Below are positions 1 to 14,900 of a stretch of 64,000 bases of DNA, piece after piece. Within the stretch, counting starts at the first letter, position 1. Every line of letters begins with the position of its first letter. Position numbers and translations under genes: made by a program. This DNA is from Eledone cirrhosa (lineage: Eukaryota), in contig OZ024742.1 of NCBI GenBank assembly GCA_964016885.1, forward strand, positions 32,550,001-32,614,000. The letters are read 5' to 3'. The notes beneath the pieces are model-generated. The model searched no databases. It had not been told where the DNA came from and was given only the letters and a program-made list of their open reading frames with translations.

Positions 1-2923
1 TCCCCTCATTTGTTCAGTTGTGGTTGTTAAGTGGCTATTAGTGGTGTTTGTTATATTACAGAGATTATGGTAAACCAGACACACAATAATGATCAGATGT
101 TTAATGATATTCATATCTTTAATAAGGGTTGTTGTTGTTGATAATTGCTATGTTTGAAATATTTGAACTATTTGATTGTTGACAAAATATCAAGTTTATT
201 TCAGCAATAAACTATATATATGTCATCATCATCAGTATTTAATTATTTTCTTTTCCATACTTGCATGGGTTAGTCAGGCTGTCACGAGGCTAGACAAGTC
301 AGGTGAACACGTCTTAGTTATAAACTTCATGATGGGCTTGGTTTTCTACAGTTGGATGCCATTCCCAATGCCAATCATTCTACAGTGTATATTGGGAGCT
401 TTTTTGTGGCACGGGCATTATCACTTTACAATGTACTGGATGCATTTTAACATGACACCACACAATGTGAAACGCTGCCCATCTTTAATACAGAAGTCAT
501 TGAAGAAGATACAGAATTATCCAGTGAAGAACTGAGGCAGTTGGGTCATTTGAGATGGAAAGGTTTTATCATGTCACCATAAAGAAGTGGATGAATTTAG
601 TAGTAGTAGTAGTAGTTGTAAGTAAATATATATATATATAAATATATACATATCTATGCATAACATATGAATATGTACACATATTCAAATCCCACCGAGG
701 TTAACTTTCCTTGTCATCCTTTCGGGGTCGATAAAATAAAGTACCAGTAATGCACTGGGGTATTTGCTGGCCTTGTGCCAAAAGTAGAAACAATTATTAG
801 ATGACCCTTGACTCTCTTGAGTTCCTCTACCCTTTCTAAAAAAATTTGTAATCTATTTTGTTCCAATCTCAACAAGTACAGGTTCAAATCTCAACAAAGG
901 TGCTCTGCTGGGATGTTACAATCATACTGCTACTTATTACTGGTTCATATCACATCTTTGCTTAATTAAGTTGAGGAAGGGGGATCACCATTTTGAAGAT
1001 AATAAATATATCAAATTAACTACACTAAAAGATGAAATATATCAGTGCAAAGTTATCAAAATGTAGTTTTCTCTTTTCATACATTGGTATATATTGACAG
1101 ATATATTGCAAAATACACACAAACTTACACTAGCTGAAAACCATCAGGAAGATGATATTTCTGCTAGTAACTTTATATAACAGCCATATGTTAGCTTATT
1201 ACCTTAGCAATAATTAATAATCTTAATGAATCCCTCAAAATTCTTCTTTAATTAAATTGAAATAGAGTGTGTTTCCTTAGAAATACATGCGCAATAGGGT
1301 TAGCCACACATTCATGCTTGTGCCTAATCAATTATTCCTAGTTCTCTGATATTATCTGGTACCCTGAGAGGTTTTCTTGAAGCAAGAGATAATATGGTTA
1401 TTTAAACATTTCCTCTTTTACAAAGTGGATGAGCTCAAATGTCTCCTTGTTAACAATATATTGTTTTATTTCACCCATTGAAATGTAGGTCAAACTGGAA
1501 ATTTATCTGGTCATCTACAGGAATGATTTCTTCCTGAAATTTATTGTCAGATGGAAATATTTTTATTTTACTGTGTTTGGTGTCATTTAACCCTTCACTC
1601 TATATTTACTATTGTATTTTCATGGTAAACACTTTATCTCACATAATATCGAAGCTACGAGATTTTGATGTTATTTATTTTGAGAACAATACCTTAACAT
1701 TAGTATGAGCAGCTGGTTTGAACAGAAAGAGGTGAGAGAATTCTGTCTGAAATAGTCTGAAATGCTAAAGGGTTAAGTACTTGTCATCATCATCAGCATC
1801 ATCACCACTGTTTAACATCTATTCTCTGTTTTGATTGGTTAGATAGGCTATCACATACGGAGGCTGGATTGGTCAGGTGACCACGTATGGCTTGTACTAT
1901 TTTTAGCTTGGTTTCTATGGCTTGAGGCACTTCCTATTGCCAACTACATTACAGCATGTACTGAGAGCATTTTATCACGACTCCGACATTATCACTTTAC
2001 AAGGTAGACTGGGTGTTTTTTCTGGGCTTCAGTGGATTCCCTCAATGAAACCATGTTGGGTTCCATTTACTAGGAAACGTTCTGGTCATCCATATTGATG
2101 ATAACCTCCTGAAGTTTAGTAGAGTCTGGAAATATTTTTATTGTGCTGTGGTTAATGACATCTCCTCAGTATTTGTTTCAGCTCCTTATGTTCTGAGTTC
2201 AAATCCTGTCAAAGTCAACTTTGCTTTCCATTTTTTCGGGGTTGATAAATAAAGTAACAGTTCAGCAGGGGTGGTGGATTGGCAGAATTGCTAAAGAGTT
2301 GTGGACAAGGGATGCTTTGCAGTATCTGGTTAGGAGCTGTGAACAGCAGTTAGAATGGGAAGACCTAGGGAAACATTGTTTTCTTGGTTTGATGATCAGT
2401 TCCTTTGTTTTGTATGTTCTGAATTCAAATTGCACTCCCTTCTGCCAGGAATTGTGGCCACCAGATAGTATCAGCAATGGAAAGAACAATGGTAACATTG
2501 TTGCTTTGATCTGATATGACAATCAGCTCCTTTGCTTTTTGGTGACATTTAAGATGACATTTATGTACAGGAAATGAGCAATGGGCCTAGCACAATGCCT
2601 TGAGAGGCACTACTAATGATTTTGTGTTTAGTTTAAGTGCAATACAAGAGTTAGACATAAGATAAACAGACTACGGTATAGGACCTTCAAAATAATTAAG
2701 AGGTATATATGCTTTTAATTTTTGTGATGCATTCTGGTATCATTTTATTCAACAAAAGTGCCTCCAAGCTGGCACTTAGCTATTCAGTGTCCTAGGGTGG
2801 TCCTACAATATGCATCCACTTCTTCCAATTATAAGTCTTCAATAGCAAATAAACTTAATGTGGTTAGAGACACAAATGTCAAAAACTAAGTTATGTTGTT
2901 AGTGATGGAGAAGCTGTGGTGAT

Positions 2924-5900
2924 GGTGGTGTTGGTATTGGTGTAGATTGCTTTGGCAGTGTTGGTGGTGTTGGTATTGGTGTAGATTGCTGTGGCAGTGT
3001 TGGTGGTGTTGGTATTGGTGTAGGTTACTGTGGCAGTGTTGGTGGTGTTGGTATTGGTGTAGGTTACTGTGGCAGTGTTGGTGGTGTTGGTATTAGTGTA
3101 GGTCACTGTGGCAGTGTTGGTGGTGTTGGTATTGGTGTAGGTTACTGTGGCAGTGTTGGTGGTGTTGGTATTGGTGTAGGTTACTGTGGCAGTGTTGGTG
3201 GTGTTGGTATTGGTGTAGGTTACTGTGGCAGTGTTGGTGGTGTTGGTATTGGTGTAGGTTACTGTTGCAGTGTTGGTGGTGTTGGTATTAGTGTAGGTCA
3301 CTGTGGCAGTGTTGGTGGTGTTGGTATTGGTGTAGGTTACTGTGGCAGTGTTGGTGGTGTTGGTATTGGTGTAGGTTACTGTGGCAGTGTTGGTGGTGTT
3401 GGTATTGGTGTAGGTTACTGTGGCAGTGTTGGTGGTGTTGGTATTGGTGTAGAATGCTTTGGCAGTGTTGGTGGTGTTGGTATTGGTGTAGGGTACTGTG
3501 GCAGTGTTGGTGGTGTTGGTATTGGTGGTGTTGGTATTGGTGTAGGTTACTGTGGCAGTGTTGGTAGTTTTGTTATTAGTGTAGATTGTTGTGGCAGTGT
3601 TGGTGGTGTTGGTATTAGTGTAGGTTACTGTGGCAGTGTTGGTATTGGTGTAGATTACTGTGGCAGTGTTGGTGGTGTTGGTATTAGTGTAGGTTACTGT
3701 GGCAGTGTTGGTGGTGTTGGTATTGGTGTAGGTTACTGTGGCAGTGTTGGTGGTGTTGGTATTGGTGTAGATTGCTGTGGCAGTGTTGGTGGTGTTGGTA
3801 TTGGTGTAGGTTACTGTGGCAGTGTTGGTGGTGTTGGTATTGGTGTAGATTGCTGTGGCAGTGTTGGTGGTGTTGGTATTGGTGTAGATTGCTGTGGCAG
3901 TGTTGGTGGTGTTGGTATTGGTGTAGGTTACTGTGGCAGTGTTGGTATTGGTGTAGGTTACTGTGGCAGTGTTGGTGGTGTTGGTATTGGTGTAGATTGC
4001 TGTGGCAGTGTTGGTGGTGTTGGTATTGGTGTAGGTTACTGTGGCAGTGTTGGTGGTGTTGGTATTGGTGTAGGTTACTGTGGCAGTGTTGGTGGTGTTG
4101 GTATTGGTGTAGATTGCTGTGGCAGTGTTGGTGGTGTTGGTATTGGTGTAGGTTACTGTGGCAGTGTTGGTGGTGTTGGTATTGATGTAGGTTACTGTGG
4201 CAGTGTTGGTGGTGTTGGTATTGGTGTAGATTGCTGTGGCAGTGTTGGTGGTGTTGGTATTGGTGTAGGTTACTGTGGCAGTGTTGGTGGTGTTGGTATT
4301 GGTGTAGATTGCTGTGGCAGTGTTGGTGGTGTTGGTATTGGTGTAGGTTACTGTGGCAGTGTTGGTGGTGTTGGTATTGGTGTAGGTTACTGTGGCAGTG
4401 TTGGTGGTGTTGGTATTGGTGTAGGTTACTGTGGCAGTGTTGGTGGTGTTGGTATTGGTGTAGATTGCTGTGGCAGTGTTGGTGGTATTGGTATTGGTGT
4501 AGATTGCTGTGGCAGTGTTGGTGGTGTTGGTATTGGTGTAGGTTACTGTGGCAGTGTTGGTGGTGTTGGTATTGGTGTAGGTTACTGTGGCAGTGTTGGT
4601 GGTGTTGGTATTAGTGTAGGTTACTGTGGCAGTGTTGGTGGTGTTGGTATTGGTGTAGATTGCTGTGGCAGTGTTGGTGGTGTTGGTATTGGTGTAGATT
4701 GCTGTGGCAGTGTTGGTGGTGTTGGTATTGGTGTAGGTTACTGTGGCAGTGTTGGTGGTGTTGGTATTGGTGTAGATTGCTGTAGCAGTGTTGGTGGTGT
4801 TGGTATTGGTGTAGGTTACTGTGGCAGTGTTGGTGGTGTTGGTATTGGTGTAGGTTACTGTGGCAGTGTTGGTGGTGTTGGTATTGGTGTAGATTGCTGT
4901 GGCAGTGTTGGTGGTGTTGGTATTGGTGTAGGTTACTGTGGCAGTGTTGGTGGTGTTGGTATTGGTGTAGGTTACTGTGGCAGTGTTGGTGGTGTTGGTA
5001 TTAGTGTAGGTTACTGTGGCAGTGTTGGTGGTGTTGGTATTGGTGTAGGTTACTGTGGCAGTGTTGGTGGTGTTGGTATTGGTGTAGATTGCTGTGGCAG
5101 TGTTGGTGGTGTTGGTATTGGTGTAGATTGCTGTGGCAGTGTTGGTGGTGTTGGTATTGGTGTAGGTTACTGTGGCAGTGTTGGTATTGGTGTAGGTTAC
5201 TGTGGCAGTGTTGGTGGTGTTGGTATTGGTGTAGATTGCTGTGGCAGTGTTGGTGGTGTTGGTATTGGTGTAGGTTACTGTGGCAGTGTTGGTGGTGTTG
5301 GTATTGGTGTAGGTTACTGTGGCAGTGTTGGTGGTGTTGGTATTGGTGTAGATTGCTGTGGCAGTGTTGGTGGTGTTGGTATTGGTGTAGGTTACTGTGG
5401 CAGTGTTGGTGGTGTTGGTATTGGTGTAGGTTACTGTGGCAGTATTGGTGGTGTTGGTATTGGTGTAGATTGCTGTGGCAGTGTTGGTGGTGTTGGTATT
5501 GGTGTAGGTTACTGTGGCAGTGTTGGTGGTGTTGGTATTGGTGTAGATTGCTGTGGCAGTGTTGGTGGTGTTGGTATTGGTGTAGGTTACTGTGGCAGTG
5601 TTGGTGGTGTTGGTATTGGTGTAGGTTACTGTGGCAGTGTTGGTGGTGTTGGTATTGGTGTAGGTTACTGTGGCAGTGTTGGTGGTGTTGGTATTGGTGT
5701 AGATTGCTGTGGCAGTGTTGGTGGTATTGGTATTGGTGTAGATTGCTGTGGCAGTGTTGGTGGTGTTGGTATTGGTGTAGGTTACTGTGGCAGTGTTGGT
5801 GGTGTTGGTATTGGTGTAGGTTACTGTGGCAGTGTTGGTGGTGTTGGTATTAGTGTAGGTTACTGTGGCAGTGTTGGTGGTGTTGGTATTGGTGTAGATT

Positions 5901-8900
5901 GCTGTGGCAGTGTTGGTGGTGTTGGTATTGGTGTAGATTGCTGTGGCAGTGTTGGTGGTGTTGGTATTGGTATAGGTTACTGTGGCAGTGTTGGTGGTGT
6001 TGGTATTAGTGTAGGTTACTGTGGCAGTGTTGGTGGTGTTGGTATTAGTGTAGGTTACTGTGGCAGTGTTGGTGGTATTGGTATTGGTGTAGATTGCTGT
6101 GGCAGTGTTGGTGGTGTTGGTATTGGTGTAGGTTACTGTGGCAGTGTTGGTGGTGTTGGTATTAGTGTAGGTTACTGTGGCAGTGTTGGTGGTGTTGGTA
6201 TTAGTGTAGGTTACTGTGGCAGTGTTGGTGGTATTGGTATTGGTGTAGGTTACTGTGGCAGTGTTGGTGGTGTTGGTATTGGTGTAGATTGCTGTGGCAG
6301 TGTTGGTGGTGTTGGTATTGGTGTAGGTTACTGTGGCAGTGTTGGTGGTGTTGGTATTAGTGTAGGTTACTGTGGCAGTGTTGGTGGTGTTGGTATTGGT
6401 GTAGGTTACTGTGGCAGTGTTGGTGGTGTTGGTATTGGTGTAGATTGCTGTGGCAGTGTTGGTGGTATTGGTATTGGTGTAGATTGCTGTGGCAGTGTTG
6501 GTGGTGTTGGTATTGGTGTAGGTTACTGTGGCAGTGTTGGTGGTGTTGGTATTGGTGTAGGTTACTGTGGCAGTGTTGGTGGTGTTGGTATTAGTGTAGG
6601 TTACTGTGGCAGTGTTGGTGGTGTTGGTATTGGTGTAGATTGCTGTGGCAGTGTTGGTGGTGTTGGTATTGGTGTAGATTGCTGTGGCAGTGTTGGTGGT
6701 GTTGGTATTGGTGTAGGTTACTGTGGCAGTGTTGGTGGTGTTGGTATTAGTGTAGGTTACTGTGGCAGTGTTGGTGGTGTTGGTATTGGTGTAGATTGCT
6801 GTGGCAGTGTTGGTGGTGTTGGTATTGGTGTAGGTTACTGTGGCAGTGTTGGTGGTGTTGGTATTGGTGTAGATTGCTGTGGCAGTGTTGGTGGTGTTGG
6901 TATTGGTGTAGGTTACTGTGGCAGTGTTGGTGGTGTTGGTATTGGTGGTGTTGGTATTGGTGTAGATTACTGTGGCAGTGTTGGTGGTGTTGGTATTAGT
7001 GTAGGTTACTGTGGCAGTGTTGGTGGTATTGGTATTGGTGTAGATTGCTGTGGCAGTGTTGGTGGTGTTGGTATTGGTGTAGGTTACTGTGGCAGTGTTG
7101 GTGGTGTTGGTATTAGTGTAGGTTACTGTGGCAGTGTTGGTGGTGTTGGTATTAGTGTAGGTTACTGTGGCAGTGTTGGTGGTGTTGGTATTAGTGTAGG
7201 TTACTGTGGCAGTGTTGGTGGTGTTGGTATTGGTGTAGATTGCTGTGGCAGTGTTGGTGGTGTTGGTATTGGTGTAGATTACTGTGGCAGTGTTGGTGGT
7301 GTTGGTATTGGTGTAGATTGCTGTGGCAGTGTTGGTGGTGTTGGTATTGGTGTAGGTTACTGTGGCAGTGTTGGTGGTGTTGGTATTGGTGTAGGTTACT
7401 GTGGCAGTGTTGGTGGTGTTGGTATTGGTGTAGGTTACTGTGGCAGTGTTGGTGGTGTTGGTATTGGTGTAGGTTACTGTGGCAGTGTTGGTGGTGTTGG
7501 TATTGGTGTAGGTTACTGTGGCAGTGTTGGTGGTGTTGGTATTGGTGTAGGTTACTGTGGCAGTGTTGGTGGTGTTGGTATTGGTGTAGGTTACTGTGGC
7601 AGTGTTGGTGGTGTTGGTATTGGTGTAGGTTACTGTGGCAGTGTTGGTGGTGTTGGTATTGGTGTAGATTGCTGTGGCAGTGTTGGTGGTGTTGGTATTG
7701 GTGTAGGTTACTGTGGCAGTGTTGGTGGTGTTGGTATTGGTGTAGGTTACTGTGGCAGTGTTGGTGGTATTGGTATTGGTGTAGATTGCTGTGGCAGTGT
7801 TGGTGGTGTTGGTATTGGTGTAGGTTACTGTGGCAGTGTTGGTGGTGTTGGTATTGGTGTAGGTGGTGTTGGTATTAGTGTAGGTTACTGTGGCAGTGTT
7901 GGTGGTGTTGGTATTGGTGTAGGTTACTGTGGCAGTGTTGGTGGTGTTGGTATTGGTGTAGATTGCTGTGGCAGTGTTGGTGGTGTTGGTATTGGTGTAG
8001 GTTACTGTGGCAGTGTTGGTGGTGTTGGTATTGGTGTAGGTTACTGTGGCAGTGTTGGTGGTATTGGTATTGGTGTAGATTGCTGTGGCAGTGTTGGTGG
8101 TGTTGGTATTGGTGTAGGTTACTGTGGCAGTGTTGGTGGTGTTGGTATTGGTGTAGTTTACTGTGGCAGTGTTGGTGGTGTTGGTATTAGTGTAGGTTAC
8201 TGTGGCAGTGTTGGTGGTGTTGGTATTGGTGTAGATTGCTGTGGCAGTGTTGGTGGTGTTGGTATTGGTGTAGATTGCTGTGGCAGTGTTGGTGGTGTTG
8301 GTATTGGTGTAGGTTACTGTGGCAGTGTTGGTGGTATTGGTATTGGTGTAGATTGCTGTGGCAGTGTTGGTGGTGTTGGTATTGGTGTAGGTTACTGTGG
8401 CAGTGTTGGTGGTGTTGGTATTGGTGTAGGTTACTGTGGCAGTGTTGGTGGTGTTGGTATTAGTGTAGGTTACTGTGGCAGTGTTGGTGGTGTTGGTATT
8501 GGTGTAGGTTACTGTGGCAGTGTTGGTGGTGTTGGTATTGGTGTAGATTGCTGTGGCAGTGTTGGTGGTGTTGGTATTGGTGTAGGTTACTGTGGCAGTG
8601 TTGGTGGTGTTGGTATTGGTGTAGGTTACTGTGGCAGTGTTGGTGGTATTAGTATTGGTGTAGATTGCTGTGGCAGTGTTGGTGGTGTTGGTATTGGTGT
8701 AGGTTACTGTGGCAGTGTTGGTGGTGTTGGTATTGGTGTAGGTTACTGTGGCAGTGTTGGTGGTGTTGGTATTGGTGTAGGTTACTGTGGCAGTGTTGGT
8801 GGTGTTGGTATTGGTGTAGGTTACTGTGGCAGTGTTGGTGGTGTTGGTATTGGTGTAGATTGCTGTGGCAGTGTTGGTGGTGTTGGTATTGGTGTAGGTT

Positions 8901-11900
8901 ACTGTGGCAGTGTTGGTGGTGTTGGTATTGGTGTAGGTTACTGTGGCAGTGTTGGTGGTGTTGGTATTGGTGTAGATTGCTGTGGCAGTGTTGGTGGTGT
9001 TGGTATTGGTGTAGGTTACTGTGGCAGTGTTGGTGGTGTTGGTATTGGTGTAGATTGCTGTGGCAGTGTTGGTGGTATTGGTATTGGTGTAGATTGCTGT
9101 GGCAGTGTTGGTGGTGTTGGTATTGGTGTAGGTTACTGTGGCAGTGTTGGTGGTGTTGGTATTGGTGTAGGTTACTGTGGCAGTGTTGGTGGTGTTGGTA
9201 TTAGTGTAGGTTACTGTGGCAGTGTTGGTGGTGTTGGTATTGGTGTAGATTGCTGTGGCAGTGTTGGTGGTGTTGGTATTGGTGTAGATTGCTGTGGCAG
9301 TGTTGGTGGTGTTGGTATTGGTATAGGTTACTGTGGCAGTGTTGGTGGTGTTGGTATTAGTGTAGGTTACTGTGGCAGTGTTGGTGGTGTTGGTATTAGT
9401 GTAGGTTACTGTGGCAGTGTTGGTGGTATTGGTATTGGTGTAGATTGCTGTGGCAGTGTTGGTGGTGTTGGTATTGGTGTAGGTTACTGTGGCAGTGTTG
9501 GTGGTGTTGGTATTAGTGTAGGTTACTGTGGCAGTGTTGGTGGTGTTGGTATTAGTGTAGGTTACTGTGGCAGTGTTGGTGGTATTGGTATTGGTGTAGG
9601 TTACTGTGGCAGTGTTGGTGGTGTTGGTATTGGTGTAGATTGCTGTGGCAGTGTTGGTGGTGTTGGTATTGGTGTAGGTTACTGTGGCAGTGTTGGTGGT
9701 GTTGGTATTAGTGTAGGTTACTGTGGCAGTGTTGGTGGTGTTGGTATTGGTGTAGGTTACTGTGGCAGTGTTGGTGGTGTTGGTATTGGTGTAGATTGCT
9801 GTGGCAGTGTTGGTGGTATTGGTATTGGTGTAGATTGCTGTGGCAGTGTTGGTGGTGTTGGTATTGGTGTAGGTTACTGTGGCAGTGTTGGTGGTGTTGG
9901 TATTGGTGTAGGTTACTGTGGCAGTGTTGGTGGTGTTGGTATTAGTGTAGGTTACTGTGGCAGTGTTGGTGGTGTTGGTATTGGTGTAGATTGCTGTGGC
10001 AGTGTTGGTGGTGTTGGTATTGGTGTAGATTGCTGTGGCAGTGTTGGTGGTGTTGGTATTGGTGTAGGTTACTGTGGCAGTGTTGGTGGTGTTGGTATTA
10101 GTGTAGGTTACTGTGGCAGTGTTGGTGGTGTTGGTATTGGTGTAGATTGCTGTGGCAGTGTTGGTGGTGTTGGTATTGGTGTAGGTTACTGTGGCAGTGT
10201 TGGTGGTGTTGGTATTGGTGTAGATTGCTGTGGCAGTGTTGGTGGTGTTGGTATTGGTGTAGGTTACTGTGGCAGTGTTGGTGGTGTTGGTATTGGTGGT
10301 GTTGGTATTGGTGTAGATTACTGTGGCAGTGTTGGTGGTGTTGGTATTAGTGTAGGTTACTGTGGCAGTGTTGGTGGTATTGGTATTGGTGTAGATTGCT
10401 GTGGCAGTGTTGGTGGTGTTGGTATTGGTGTAGGTTACTGTGGCAGTGTTGGTGGTGTTGGTATTAGTGTAGGTTACTGTGGCAGTGTTGGTGGTGTTGG
10501 TATTAGTGTAGGTTACTGTGGCAGTGTTGGTGGTGTTGGTATTAGTGTAGGTTACTGTGGCAGTGTTGGTGGTGTTGGTATTGGTGTAGATTGCTGTGGC
10601 AGTGTTGGTGGTGTTGGTATTGGTGTAGATTACTGTGGCAGTGTTGGTGGTGTTGGTATTGGTGTAGATTGCTGTGGCAGTGTTGGTGGTGTTGGTATTG
10701 GTGTAGGTTACTGTGGCAGTGTTGGTGGTGTTGGTATTGGTGTAGGTTACTGTGGCAGTGTTGGTGGTGTTGGTATTGGTGTAGGTTACTGTGGCAGTGT
10801 TGGTGGTGTTGGTATTGGTGTAGGTTACTGTGGCAGTGTTGGTGGTGTTGGTATTGGTGTAGGTTACTGTGGCAGTGTTGGTGGTGTTGGTATTGGTGTA
10901 GGTTACTGTGGCAGTGTTGGTGGTGTTGGTATTGGTGTAGGTTACTGTGGCAGTGTTGGTGGTGTTGGTATTGGTGTAGGTTACTGTGGCAGTGTTGGTG
11001 GTGTTGGTATTGGTGTAGATTGCTGTGGCAGTGTTGGTGGTGTTGGTATTGGTGTAGGTTACTGTGGCAGTGTTGGTGGTGTTGGTATTGGTGTAGGTTA
11101 CTGTGGCAGTGTTGGTGGTATTGGTATTGGTGTAGATTGCTGTGGCAGTGTTGGTGGTGTTGGTATTGGTGTAGGTTACTGTGGCAGTGTTGGTGGTGTT
11201 GGTATTGGTGTAGGTGGGTGTTGGTATTAGTGTAGGTTACTGTGGCAGTGTTGGTGGTGTTGGTATTGGTGTAGGTTACTGTGGCAGTGTTGGTGGTGTT
11301 GGTATTGGTGTAGATTGCTGTGGCAGTGTTGGTGGTGTTGGTATTGGTGTAGGTTACTGTGGCAGTGTTGGTGGTGTTGGTATTGGTGTAGGTTACTGTG
11401 GCAGTGTTGGTGGTATTGGTATTGGTGTAGATTGCTGTGGCAGTGTTGGTGGTGTTGGTATTGGTGTAGGTTACTGTGGCAGTGTTGGTGGTGTTGGTAT
11501 TGGTGTAGTTTACTGTGGCAGTGTTGGTGGTGTTGGTATTAGTGTAGGTTACTGTGGCAGTGTTGGTGGTGTTGGTATTGGTGTAGATTGCTGTGGCAGT
11601 GTTGGTGGTGTTGGTATTGGTGTAGATTGCTGTGGCAGTGTTGGTGGTGTTGGTATTGGTGTAGGTTACTGTGGCAGTGTTGGTGGTATTGGTATTGGTG
11701 TAGATTGCTGTGGCAGTGTTGGTGGTGTTGGTATTGGTGTAGGTTACTGTGGCAGTGTTGGTGGTGTTGGTATTGGTGTAGGTTACTGTGGCAGTGTTGG
11801 TGGTGTTGGTATTAGTGTAGGTTACTGTGGCAGTGTTGGTGGTGTTGGTATTGGTGTAGGTTACTGTGGCAGTGTTGGTGGTGTTGGTATTGGTGTAGAT

Positions 11901-14900
11901 TGCTGTGGCAGTGTTGGTGGTGTTGGTATTGGTGTAGGTTACTGTGGCAGTGTTGGTGGTGTTGGTATTGGTGTAGGTTACTGTGGCAGTGTTGGTGGTA
12001 TTAGTATTGGTGTAGATTGCTGTGGCAGTGTTGGTGGTGTTGGTATTGGTGTAGGTTACTGTGGCAGTGTTGGTGGTGTTGGTATTGGTGTAGGTTACTG
12101 TGGCAGTGTTGGTGGTGTTGGTATTGGTGTAGGTTACTGTGGCAGTGTTGGTGGTGTTGGTATTGGTGTAGGTTACTGTGGCAGTGTTGGTGGTGTTGGT
12201 ATTGGTGTAGATTGCTGTGGCAGTGTTGGTGGTGTTGGTATTGGTGTAGGTTACTGTGGCAGTGTTGGTGGTGTTGGTATTGGTGTAGATTGCTGTGGCA
12301 GTGTTGGTGGTGTTGGTATTGGTGTAGGTTACTGTGGCAGTGTTGGTGGTGTTGGTATTGGTGTAGGTTACTGTGGCAGTGTTGGTGGTGTTGGTATTGG
12401 TGTAGGTTACTGTGGCAGTGTTGGTGGTGTTGGTATTAGTGTAGGTTACTGTGGCAGTGTTGGTGGTTCTGGTATTGGTGTAGATTGCTGTGGCAGTGTT
12501 GGTGGTGTTGGTATTGGTGTAGGTTACTGTGGCAGTGTTGGTGGTATTGGTATTGGTGTACATTGCTGTGGCAGTGTTGGTGGTGTTGGTATTGGTGTAG
12601 GTTACTGTGGCAGTGTTGGTGGTGTTGGTATTGGTGTAGGCTACTGTGGCAGTGTTGGTGGTGTTGGTATTAGTGTAGGTTACTGTGGCAGTGTTGGTGG
12701 TGTTGGTATTGGTGTAGGTTACTGTGGCAGTGTTGGTGGTGTTGGTATTGGTGTAGATTGCTGTGGCAGTGTTGGTATTGGTGTAGGTTACTGTGGCAGT
12801 GTTGGTGGTGTTGGTATTGGTGTAGGTTACTGTGGCAGTGTTGGTGGTGTTGGTATTAGTGTAGGTTACTGTGGCAGTGTTGGTGGTGTTGGTATTGGTG
12901 TAGGTTACTGTGGCAGTGTTGGTGGTGTTGGTATTGGTGTAGGTCACTGTGGCAGTGTTGGTGGTGTTGGTATTGGTGTAGGTTACTGTGGCAGTGTTGG
13001 TGGTGTTGGTATTGGTGTAGGTTACTGTGGCAGTGTTGGTGGTGTTGGTATTGGTGTAGGTTACTGTGGCAGTGTTGGTGGTGTTGGTATTGGTGTAGAA
13101 TGCTTGGCAGTGTTGGTGGTGTTGGTATTGGTGTAGGGTACTGTGGCAGTGTTGGTGGTGTTGGTATTGGTGGTGTTGGTATTGGTGTAGGTTACTGTGG
13201 CAGTGTTGGTGGTTTTGTTATTAGTGTAGATTGCTGTGGCAGTGTTGGTGGTGTTGGTATTAGTGTAGGTTACTGTGGCAGTGTTGGTATTGGTGTAGAT
13301 TACTGTGGCAGTGTTGGTGGTGTTGGTATTAGTGTAGGTTACTGTGGCAGTGTTGGTGGTGTTGGTATTGGTGTAGGTTACTGTGGCAGTGTTGGTGGTG
13401 TTGGTATTGGTGTAGATTGCTGTGGCAGTGTTGGTGGTGTTGGTATTGGTGTAGGTTACTGTGGCAGTGTTGGTGGTGTTGGTATTGGTGTAGATTGCTG
13501 TGGCAGTGTTGGTGGTGTTGGTATTGGTGTAGATTGCTGTGGCAGTGTTGGTGGTGTTGGTATTGGTGTAGGTTACTGTGGCAGTGTTGGTATTGGTGTA
13601 GGTTACTGTGGCAGTGTTGGTGGTGTTGGTATTGGTGTAGATTGCTGTGGCAGTGTTGGTGGTGTTTGGTAGGTTACTGTGGCAGTGTTGGTGGTGTGGT
13701 TATTGTTAGTTGTAGGTTACTGTGGCAGTGTTGGTGGTGTTGCGTAATTGTGTAGATTGCTGTGGCAGTGTTGGTGGTGTTGGTATTGGTGTAGGATTAC
13801 TGTGGCAGTGTTGGTGGTGTTGGTATTGGTGTAGGTTACTGTGGCAGTGTTGGTGGTGTTGGTATTGGTGTAGATTGCTGTGGCAGTGTTGGTGGTGTTG
13901 GTATTGGTGTAGGTTACTGTGGCAGTGTTGGTGGTGTTGGTATTGGTGTAGATTGCTGTGGCAGTGTTGGTGGTGTTGGTATTGGTGTAGGATTACTGTG
14001 GCAGTGTTGGTGGTGTTGGTATTGGTGTAGGTTACTGTGGCAGTGTTGGTGGTGTTGGTATTGGTGTAGGTTACTGTGGCAGTGTTGGTGGTGTTGGTAT
14101 TAGTGTAGGTTACTGTGGCAGTGTTGGTGGTGTTGGTATTGGTGTAGATTGCTGTGGCAGTGTTGGTGGTGTTGGTATTGGTGTAGATTGCTGTGGCAGT
14201 GTTGGTGGTGTTGGTATTGGTGTAGGTTACTGTGGCAGTGTTGGTGGTGTTGGTATTGGTGTAGATTGCTGTGGCAGTGTTGGTGGTGTTGGTATTGGTG
14301 TAGGTTACTGTGGCAGTGTTGGTGGTGTTGGTATTGGTGTAGGTTACTGTGGCAGTGTTGGTGGTGTTGGTATTGGTGTAGATTGCTGTGGCAGTGTTGG
14401 TGGTGTTGGTATTGGTGTAGGTTACTGTGGCAGTGTTGGTGGTGTTGGTATTGGTGTAGGTTACTGTGGCAGTGTTGGTGGTGTTGGTATTAGTGTAGGT
14501 TACTGTGGCAGTGTTGGTGGTGTTGGTATTGGTGTAGGTTACTGTGGCAGTGTTGGTGGTGTTGGTATTGGTGTAGATTGCTGTGGCAGTGTTGGTGGTG
14601 TTGGTATTGGTGTAGATTGCTGTGGCAGTGTTGGTGGTGTTGGTATTGGTGTAGGTTACTGTGGCAGTGTTGGTATTGGTGTAGGTTACTGTGGCAGTGT
14701 TGGTGGTGTTGGTATTGGTGTAGATTGCTGTGGCAGTGTTGGTGGTGTTGGTATTGGTGTAGATTGCTGTGGCAGTGTTGGTGGTGTTGGTATTGGTGTA
14801 GGTTACTGTGGCAGTGTTGGTGGTGTTGGTATTGGTGTAGATTGCTGTGGCAGTGTTGGTGGTGTTGGTATTGGTGTAGGTTACTGTGGCAGTGTTGGTG